Shown here piece after piece: positions 54,535 to 64,000 of a stretch of 64,000 nt of DNA; position 1 is the stretch's first letter, and each line of letters starts with the position of its first letter. Where the stretch lies: contig QPMI01000561.1 of the NCBI GenBank assembly GCA_004431415.1, forward strand, positions 1 through 64,000, given 5' to 3'. The notes beneath the pieces are model-generated. The model was not told where the DNA came from. It made no database searches and saw nothing but the letters and a program-made list of their open reading frames with translations. This stretch comes from Cyanophora paradoxa CCMP329 (lineage: Eukaryota; Plantae; Glaucophyta). The position numbers were made by a program, and so were the translations under genes.

Positions 54535-57500
54535 ATGAGTGTGACAACAGCGGAACCACCAATAACACTACGTGATATCTTCCCACCTGCCCACTACGCC
54601 CGAGACAGCCCGCTTGTGGGCCCGTCACCCTCGCTTATGCGCAACAAGCCCGCGGGGCACCTAAGGGTGGTAACATTTAACGTGCGGGGCACGTCCGAGG
54701 GCCGGCTCCAGCAGGCCGAAGACTTCGCCGTGAAGTGGGGGGTCGACGTGATGGCTCTCCAAGAGCTCTCAGTCACGCGCGCTGAACTGCACTCGGCGCT
54801 CTTCACCCCGGCAGCGGAACCCGGCAAGCCCCCCACGAGCTCGATCACGCGAGGCCGCCTAATCCACTCAATTAAGAAAACAAACCGAAAGGAAACGGAG
54901 CGGCGCTATGGTGGCGGCGCCCTGGGCGCGGCACATTGCGCGTCACTATAGCTACCCGGGCCGGCTTGCCGGCTGTGAAATGCGCTTCAAGGGAAACCGC
55001 CAGCTCTTCGTAGTGAGCGTCTACATGCCGGCCACCCAACGGAAGCCTGAGCACAAGACCGATCAGGCGGCGCTCATCGAATGCATCGAGCGCATCTACG
55101 CGGACTTCCGATCGCGCTCGTCCGCGCACCTCATCCTTCTCGGCGACTGGAACTCCGTGAAGACGCCGGCCACGTCCGCATCCGCGCGGACGATTCGTCC
55201 AGTCCTGGACGCCTGAACGCGAGTGGTGGGGAAAGCTGTCCGGCACCTGGGCGCTAGTTGACGCGGCGTCACAGAAAGGCCACGAACACGAAGTTACCTT
55301 CATCAGGCGCGGCCCGAACCCGCACGGCGCCGAAGAGGAGGCGGGGACGACGACGCCGACGACTCGGATTCGGAACAGGACCAGCAAATGGACGGGCCCG
55401 CCGTCGCCGAAGACGCCGCGGCCCTCTCGGCAGGACGTATCGATGCGGTGTTACACTCTGCAGGTCTCGCGCCAGCGCTCCTGGCGGTGCACCCGCTGCC
55501 GCCAGAGGTGGCGCTACCGCACCCCTCTGACCACTTCCGGTCATGGCCGACTACGATCTGCTCAAAGCCGAACTCGTCAGGCCGCCCGAGGGCGAGGCCC
55601 GCCCGGCGCACCCGCCGCCGCTCTTCGCACCGCACTTGCTGGAGAAGGAGAAGCTGCCGGCCTTCCGAAAGGCTGTAGAAGACCGTCTGCAAGCTCTGGA
55701 AAACGATCTTGAGAAAGCGCTGGGCGCGGCGGGCACGGAACATGAGCGCAGGGACCGGGTCAGCTCTCTCTACCGACAGGCCACGGAGGCGGTGCTGGCG
55801 CTCGCTAAGGAACACAAATGCTTGAAAGCCCGAGGATCGCGCCCGCCCACTCGCAGAACGGTGCCGTGGCAGCTGGTCATGTCCAAGAAAGTGGAGCGCC
55901 TGATCGCTGGATGGTCTGTTGAAGCGCCCGGAGGTTTGCCGTCGGCCCCGCTGGTCGCCCGGATCGAGAAACTGGAGGCTCTCATCAAAGGGCTCGTCCC
56001 CGGACCCGAACCCATGCCCCGCCGCCCGTACGCGACGCTGACGACGAGGCGCCGTTCCCGGGGCGCTACGTAGCGTGGCGGCTATACTTCCGGTCGCTGA
56101 ACGCGTGGCGCAACCGCGTCCGCCGGCGCCACCAACACGAGACGCGCGCAGAAAAGCAGCGACAGATCCAGGAATTCGTTACTGCGCGCCAGGCCCGGTT
56201 TGCAGACCCGCGCAAACTGCGCAGCTATCTAGACTCCATTCTGGAGCGGTCCAGGGGGGAGCCGATCATGCACGTCACCCGCCTCGCGCGCGAAGGCAAC
56301 TTCTATGAAATTTACACGGCACCCGAGGAGGTGAAGGCAGTGATGGCGGAGCACTGGCGTCAGTGGTGTGCGAAGAGAAACCCCCTGGTAGGGGGCACAG
56401 CGGACTCAATACCCGACTCCCAGCTAGCTTTCCTGCCCCTGACTTCTGGCGCGCGCTCTACCGCCCCCTCGGGACGCACGTGTGACCGCGGAAGCCTTCG
56501 CGGGTGTCATGACTGAACCTACGTACGAAGAACTAGGGGCACACGTGCGCTCGCTCACGGACGGAGCGGGAGGGCCCTCCAACTGCACGAACGCGATCCT
56601 GAAGACGCTCTGGAACCTCGACCTGCCGGACGCCATGGATCCAGAGGCGTACCCCCCCCGCGGTCGTCGGCTCCTGATGGCCATCGTCTGCGAGGCCCTC
56701 CGCCTGCGCGACCTGCCCGCCGAGATGTGTGAGAGCAATATCTTCGGGATCCCCAAGAACGGGAGCTGGGACGGAGACATTGAAGGGAACCTCCGCCCGA
56801 TCACGCTGCAGGAAGTTGGCCTCAAGCTAACGACGGGCCTCGTCACGAAACGGCTAGCCGAGGCCATCGAGAAGCACGGAATCCTTAAGGGGGTAAATTA
56901 TGGCTTCAGGAAAGCTAAGGCGACAGACGATGCCCTTCACCTAATGGTCGCTATTCTAGAGGACGCTAAGGAGCACCGCAAGCCCATCTACCTCTTGCTA
57001 CAGGATATCAGGCGGGCGTACGATTCAGTTTCCTGGGCCAGCATGGAGCTCTCCCTCCGACGCATTGGGGCCCCGAGACGTACATCGACCTGCACCGCAA
57101 CATATTCGAACGACGCCGGGCGCGAGCTATCACGGGCCACGGACTGTCAGACGTGTTTGAACTCGAATGTGGGCTCCCGCAGGGCGGCATCGAATCCCCG
57201 CTCCACTGGCTCATCTTCTACGATGCCTTGCTCTGCGCTCAACAAGAATTGGACAGGCTCGAGCAGGAAAAGGGGGCGCGGGGTCGCGTACGTCATGGGC
57301 GTGGGCGAAGACGACGCGGACTTCGCCCCCGCACGGGTGACCGGGAGCGCCTACGCGGACGACACGCAGTGGATGAGCGGATCGGCCGAAGGGATCCAGA
57401 TGCTCGCGGACGTGGCGTCTGAATTCTTCCGCCTGCACGACATCGCAGTCAACGCGCGGAAAACAGAGTTTGCGTACAACAACGTCTCACCGGAGCCTGA

Positions 57501-60500
57501 ACCCCCGCTACTCGGCAACCCCGCGTCCCGGTCGGCAAGAAGCTGAAACCGGGCGAGCATTTCAAGCTGCTCGGCGTCTATCTGACCGCGAACCTGTCGT
57601 GAAGGAGCAGATCAGACAGATGGAAGCGCAGGCTCGCGAGACGGTGGCGGTCATAGCTCGTAAGCAGCTGACCGCGCAAGAGGCCTGCTACGTTGTCGAG
57701 GCCGTCGTGCAGGCGCGGATCGCCTACGGGCTCAAAGTGACGCCGCTCACAGAGAAGCAGTGCGATCGCCTAGATGCCATCTGGATGCGCGTGGTTAAGC
57801 ACCATGGGGCCTGGCGGCATCGACTTCCAACTACGCGCTCTGGAGCCACGGCACGTACAGCCTGCCGCGCACAGCGCACCTGATGGCCAAGAACCAAATC
57901 ACGGATCTGCTCGTGCGGCTCTGTGGAGAACCGGAAGAGCTGCTATCCCAGGTGATGTTGCACCGCATCCGAGACCTCCAGCGAAAGCTAGGCGTCCCGC
58001 TGCTGCCGACCGAGTTCCTGAACGCCCCAGTGTCACGCCAGCTTGCTCGATCGAACGCAATCGCCGCAGTGATGCCGCTCCTGCAGCGCCGGCTCTACCG
58101 GATCCAGTCCAACCACGCCCGCTTCCTGTTTACGCCGTACCCCCCGCAGCCACTTGGCCCGACCCCGCGGAACTGCGCCGGGAATTCGTGCTTGCCTCAC
58201 ACATTCCCCGGAAGTGTTCAGCACGGCCGCGCCCGCCCTCCACCGCGCACGGCTCTACTGGATGTCCGACGTCACGGCGCGCGATGGGGAACGCCTCTGC
58301 ACCTGGCGAGACCTGCACCTCCGCGCCCCTGCGGCACGCTCCCTTGGGCAGCGCCCGCCTGGTGGAAGGCGGTGGCCAAGGCCCTCACGATCGACGAGCG
58401 CGGTTCGGGCGCCCTCCGATACCCCATGCGGCAACCGCCCGGTACCCTTCCTCGGCCATGGTACAGCTTCCGGGCGGGGCAAGGAAGTTAATTCACCAAC
58501 CGGGAGACTTCGTCTGCTACTACGACCTCGCAACGATTCACGAGACGGATGCGGTACCGGAAATCGGCCGGGTCCGCTCCGCCGAGGCTGAGGCCGGCAG
58601 CCTAGTAGCGACGGAGTGCCGGCTGGAGCACTGGGTCCCCGTCCCAGAAGAGGCCGACGACGAGGCCGACGGAGCCTACTGCCGCTGCGATGGCCACTGT
58701 CAGCTCGGACCCCGCGAAGGGCCGCCCGCCCCAGCTGCGCGCCGCTTTAATATCGTACCGGGAGAGGGCCGCCGCCACTGGCACGACGACCACGTCTGCC
58801 CTCAAGGCGCCGGCGCGGCCTGCCGGGCGACGAGCACCTGCGATGACGAGGGCAAGTACGGGACGGCGGTGGGAGGATGGGTAGAGCACGCGTCCGCACT
58901 CTGCACGATCCCCGGCACGGTGGAGCTAGTAGAAGTGTCGGGCGCCCCCGTGGAAGAATGCGAGGGGCAGGTACAGACGCGCTCGGGGCGCGCCAGTCGC
59001 CAGGTCCTGCGCCAAGCCCGTCTTGAATACTTCAAGCCCTCCAGGCAGGCGGCCGCGACCATCACTGCGCACCGATGGCGGATGCTGCTGCAGGCAAAGC
59101 AGGAGGGCGATGAGCGGGTCAACTGGCACCTCCTCTCCGAGCCCGACGCCGCTCACCTCGCCACGCTCGAGGCGAACCCGCCCGACTTGCCCCCCTGCCG
59201 CAAGATGAAGCGCCCCCGGTCAGCTCCAACAAGGAGGCGCGCGAGCTATATTACTATCAGGCCGACCCGTACAGTTGGGTTGCATACCTGGAGACCTGGA
59301 AGGGCCTCGAAGCCCGCTACCGCAAAGAGCACCTGGAGGCCGAGGCGGCGCCTGGCGGCTCATACGTGGCCGACGCCCCAGCGTACGCCTGGACGGACGG
59401 GAGCCTGAAAGAGGGCCAGACGGTTAACGCTCGCGCGGGCTACGCAGTACACTGGCCGGAAACGGACCTCAGAACTGGCGCAAGCCTGCACCCGCCGGGT
59501 ATCCTCACGGACTTCTTTGCCCGGCTCCGGGGCCTGCAGGAGATCAACAAGGCGGAACTCCAGGCGGCGCTTATGGCTGACCTGCTCTCGCCTTTCGGAG
59601 CGGTTCTACACGTCGACAACATGAACGCGATCCGCTGGTACTCCGATTTCGTCCAGCACGCGAGCTGCCGCAGCCCGCGGGAATACATCCGGCACGCCTG
59701 CTCCGCGGAACTGTACGCATGGAGCAAGCTCAGGACAATGCTAGAGGAGCGCGGGCGGCCGCTCAAACTCGTCAAAGTCAAAGCGCACGCAAAGGGCGAC
59801 GCCCGCGACCCCCACAACGACGTCGCGGACGCCGGAGCGAACGTGGCGGCCGACCTGGAGCTGGCGGACGAACACCGGCATGAGCCTCTCTTTCTGCCGC
59901 CGGCCTTCAGCATGCCTGCGGTGCTCACCATCAGCGACCCGACGGGCGCACACGACGGGTGGAAGGGACCCCAAGGCACACATGGACGCACTTCACGAAC
60001 ACCAGACGCACTTTGCCTGGACCCAACAACCGCTGGCTGGCGCGCTCCTGCGCCGAGGCGCCGACGGCGCAGACATAGCAGGGCTATATGCGGAAACGAG
60101 CGTAGGTTCCCGATTCCAAGGCGCCAATGGAGCCCGCAACGCGCTATTCAAGTTTCGGACGCAGCTGCTCTGTAGCTCGCTACCAGCGAACGAAGTCCGG
60201 GTACGTGACCAGAAGGAACTCTACGCCGCCTGCAACCCTGGGGGACGCTGTGCGGGCTGCGCCACCAGAACGCCGCTCCCTCGTGCAGAGACTAGCGGCC
60301 CGACAGCCTCACAGAACAGCCAGACTGCAACAGAGGCCTCGCATGCTCAACCAGCAGCGGGCGCCAGCCGCCCGATCCGGGCACCGACGGCTCTCACCGC
60401 AGGCCCGACTGAAACTTTCCCGCACGTCTTCCTGTGCCCGGGTCCGCATGCGGTCGCGCACCGCGCGGAGACTGCTCGCGAACTGAACCGACTTCTGCTC

Positions 60501-61085
60501 TGCGCATACAGAGAGGCCCACGGCCTCACAGCGCCGCCAGCAGGAGCCCTCCTTGCTCCCGACCTGGTCCCAATCTTCCTCCGCGTCGCGGACGACGACA
60601 CCGAGGCGCGCAGCTACGATGGTAGGCCGTACGCGTATCCGCGCCTCTGGGTGCTCCAGGGCCTTGCTCCGCAGAGTCTAGAAAGCGCCCTCACACGCTG
60701 CCTGAACCTTGCACCCCGGTACGCGGCACGCGCAGCTAAACGCGTTCGGCAAACGCTTCTGGAACGGGCCCGACGCCTCTGGTCACGTCGCTGCGAAATC
60801 AACGCGGAGTGGGAACGCGACTGCCGCGTCTCCCAGGCCTCAAAGAAGCGACCGCGCCCGCCCCGCACGGGCGCCCGCGCCCGAGAGCGGGCCCGCGGCC
60901 CCCGGACCTGTAAGGAAGTCTGCGCCGCCTGCGACGGGCCGATTCGCCTTCACAATCTACTCAACGCCGCTCGGAACGCAGACTGCCCACCGGAGTACGC
61001 GGGCTGGAAGGCGGCGCTCCGTGCCCAAGAGCTCTACGATTGCGTCAAGGTACGCCCTTGGGAGTCACATCCTAGCCCGCTCTAA
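54535..61085 (+). CDS. Retrotransposon ORF2: AP endonuclease, reverse transcriptase, RNase H, Zn finger; frameshifted
   Basis: TFNVRG, ALQE, LLGDWN, RIDAV, SDH; NLRPITL, QDIRRAYDSV, PQGG..SP, YADD; WTDGS, NKAEL, VDN, VKAH, NDVAD; C..C..ETFPHVFLC. Confidence 0.9.
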
Positions 61086-62116
61086 ACGGTACCCCGAGCC
61101 GCGCGAAAGGGGGGGGGGGGGGGGGGGGCTACGTCGGGAGGAGACTCTCGACACCACCTACCTACTACTTCACCATACCTAGTCCTCGAGAAACTTACCT
61201 GATCTACTCTTAGCCTCGCACACACTAGATATAGCCGCCCCGACCGACTCGCTGGGCCCCGCCCAAGCGAGCGCCTGCCTTGCCTCCCTCTCCCGCTCTG
61301 CCCTCCCGCTCGCTCTCTTGGCCCTGCCTCCCATTCACGACCTCGCCCGCGCTCCTCGCGCCTCGACAGGGAGGGAACGATGGATCGGAAGGCTTGGCGG
61401 AAGGCTTCGGCTGGTCGTTGCACCCACCAGATACCCCGGCCATCGTGCCAGGACCGTGGGTTGAAGGACCGCCGCGGAGGGGGGCTCGCAATTGCCCGCG
61501 GCGGGGTGCGGCGGCTGGTTCGAGGCTGGAAGCCCTGCTGACCGAGAAATCCGACCCTCCCCCTCCCCGCCACGGCCGGCGCCGACCTTCTCCGTCCCGC
61601 CCCACTTCTTCCCGCAACGTCCCCCTCGCCTCATTCCCCTCGGCCCCTCTACGCCGACGTGCTTCCACCCGCGCTTCGGCGAGCGGCCCCTCGACGCGGA
61701 GCCCGCCGCGCTAGCTGTAGTCGCGGCCGCGTCGAGAGTAGGCAGATTAGACCGCGGGTCCGTCCTGGCTTTCCTACCGTACAGTAGAACAGCCCGCGAG
61801 CTCCGGACGTCCCGACGGTCCCTAGGCAGGCAGCACTAGCAGTAGTAGTGTTTTAATTTACCTCCCTCTCGTAGACCCTGGGTAGTCCTCTCGGTAGCCT
61901 AGTCCTAAGCTAGGCTAGATGTATAGGTAGTAGCTCTCCGCTCTGGGTTAGCTTTGCTTTAGTTTACGTCTCCTTGACTAGCTCCACCCTGTCCGATGGC
62001 TGATAGGTTCCCTACCCGGCGTAACCAGTAGGCTCATCTTTCGACTTGACACTTTACGGACTCCTCAGTTCTATCATTAGCCGTATTGTCTCGGTGTGTG
62101 CGAATTCACTAATTAA

Positions 62117-64000
62117 ACTCCGTGTACTCCGTGTGCTTCAACCACAACGCATCGGCCGTGCTCGCAGCGGGTCCCGACTCGGTCGCTCGCCTCTGGCGCA
62201 TCAGCGACAGCTCAGTCCAAATGATGCTCAACCACACGCAATTCAGCGAAGTCCGGGCGGCCGCTATCTCGCCCGATGGCGCGTTGGCGGTGACAGGGAC
62301 GATGTCCGCGGAGGTCTGCATCTGGTCCCTCGCGAACGGATCGAAGCTACGTTCGCTTTTCAACCACACCAATGCTGTTTTGTCAGCGGCATTCTCTACA
62401 AGCGATGTATTCGCTACGGCTTCTGCGGACGCAACTGTCGTTTTGTGGTCCGCCTCCACAGGATCCGTGCTTCGTGTGCTGAGGGGCCACACGGACTGGG
62501 TCTACGGCATCGCGTTCATACCGCGCTCTGCAATGCTCGTCAGTGTCGCGAACAAGTTGGACAACCAGCGGATTCGGGTCTGGTCGAAAGACACCGGCGC
62601 TCAGCTCGGAGCTGTCAACAAGCTGCAGCTGTCAGATTCCGAAGGCGCAATGTACTCGGTCGCCGCTTCAAAGGATGGGTCGTTCTTTGTCACAAGCAGT
62701 GCGTAACAGCTTAAATTAGTGTTTCCAGTCGTGATGTGGTTGCCTTGCATCGGAAAAACTGACGACCCTGTGAGCGCAGGCGAGATGGGGAGGGTTCGTT
62801 TCTGGCACAGCTCGAATAAGTCAGAGATGACACAGGCTCGGCCGATCTCTACGCTCTCAGATCCCCTGTGGTCGGTCGCACTGTCTACAAACGCTTCGGC
62901 AAACAGCTCTTTCGTCGTTTCGGGAGCGGCGTCTGGGAATCTGAGCATCTGGAACCTGTCGCCACGTAAGGATCCCGTTTGACTTTTGACTTGCCCGCGT
63001 TTTTTTGAGGCGTCTGAGAGAGTCTCCGCGCTGCAGTGGCCCAGCTCGCTCCATCGCAGTCTTTCATCGACTGCGTCTCGTTTACTCTGCTCGAGGGAGA
63101 GCAGACGAATTGCACCTTCTTCCCCCGCACAGGCAATGGGGACCCACTGGAGGTTCAGTCGACAGCATTTAGTCTTCTCAGCACTAGCTCGGGCGCTGTG
63201 AGGGCGGTGTTTACGCCGGCGGAATGGCCAAGCCGCGTTTCAGCACTCCCTTTTTCCGTTCGATTTGCTCTGAACAGCACGGTATCCACAACCAACAGTG
63301 CAAGTATTGCGCTGATCCAGGGCTCATCGGGCATCCTCCCGCAAGTCTCGACGTCCCTTGGTTCGGCTTCTGTGGTCCTCGCTCGGACATTCAATGTGCT
63401 TCCACAGATACGGGCCGAAGAGGGGTATGCCTCCAAGTATGCGTCTTGATTATTTTAACCAATTGCGTGCTCGAATCAGGGCTTCTATGGTGTGCAGTCC
63501 GACCACACTGTATCTTTTGGTGCCCGCGACTTGCGTGTTTACGTCAGCCGTCAAGGTTTGTGTTTCGGCACTGCCTTGGTGCAGTAGATATTCCTGAACA
63601 TCGCGGCAGATAAATGCGAGCGAGGTTGAGATGCTTTTCAAAATGCTCAGCAAGCCCGTTGTGAAGCCGCTTGTGGGATTTACTGCAAACGAGTCCGCGG
63701 CCGTCATTTTCGATGTGTCTCCCCTTTCTCCCCTCCTCGACCCCAGCTTCGCGATGGGCAACCCGGCGCTGACGCGGTTCTGGTTCAACATCACCGCGCG
63801 GCTGTCCGTCAACATCGACGAGCTCCTCGGCCTCCCGGACGGCATTGTCGATGTCGCTATTCCCATCTTCCGATTCTGCGGCTGCACGGCCAACACGCTC
63901 GTGCCCTGGACCTCCGTCAACATAACGGTGAAGACAGGTCAGTCGCTGTCATTCAGGCAATCGATATCGTTTTGAAATCTGACTGAATTTGGTTACGCAG
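62117..64000 (+). CDS. 3' continuation of the WD40-repeat protein (multi-exon, runs off window)
   Basis: Resumes SVYSVCFNHN; several WD repeats (GHTDWVYGIAF), then S/T-rich beta-strand exons. Confidence 0.8.

Larger units (their letters stand above)
50557..62116 (+). mobile_element. Non-LTR retrotransposon, about 11.5 kb (APE-RT-RNase H; L1/Proto1-like by inference)
   Basis: 17-bp TSD ACTCCGTGTACTCCGTG (50540-50556 and 62117-62133); ORF1, extra ORF, ORF2; no LTRs. Confidence 0.9.

Noticed and set aside
50554-62167. LINE removed as an intron using junction GTGAG and the first downstream CAG
   Set aside because: Donor is phase 0 and acceptor is phase 1, so the WD40 frame would not be restored.

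Overview
The window has two compartments. (1) Positions 1 to about 22,850 are an AT-rich, CpG-depleted endogenous Polinton-like (Maverick-related) DNA virus whose left end lies outside the window. It carries a fibre-like gene, a patatin-like phospholipase, two minor capsid proteins, an NCLDV-type major capsid protein, an A32-like packaging ATPase, a PrimPol-D5/SF3 primase-helicase, a protein-primed-family PolB whose proofreading domain looks destroyed, and an rve integrase. Two blocks follow. A GC-rich gene island (about 17.7-21.3 kb) contains a fibre/peptidase-S74 gene apparently split by a roughly 950-bp inversion. An AT-rich non-coding block holds extra copies of an inverted-iteron structure that also sits directly downstream of the D5 gene, which is a candidate P4/SaPI-style origin. 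(2) From about 23.5 kb onward is a very GC-rich, intron-dense nuclear genome of a photosynthetic eukaryote. A thylakoid-lumen gene with an 'MHAF' transit-peptide start is compatible with a glaucophyte such as Cyanophora (inference only). Host genes include a coiled-coil protein, a 4CL/luciferase-like protein, thylakoid lumen 15.0 kDa protein 2, OsmC, SYS1, a hormone-sensitive-lipase homolog and legumain. These are followed by a cluster of MITEs and an 11.5-kb APE-RT-RNaseH non-LTR retrotransposon inserted, with a 17-bp TSD, into an exon of a WD40 gene. Many frameshifts in the mobile regions may be long-read errors. All calls come from reading motifs by eye; no searches were run.
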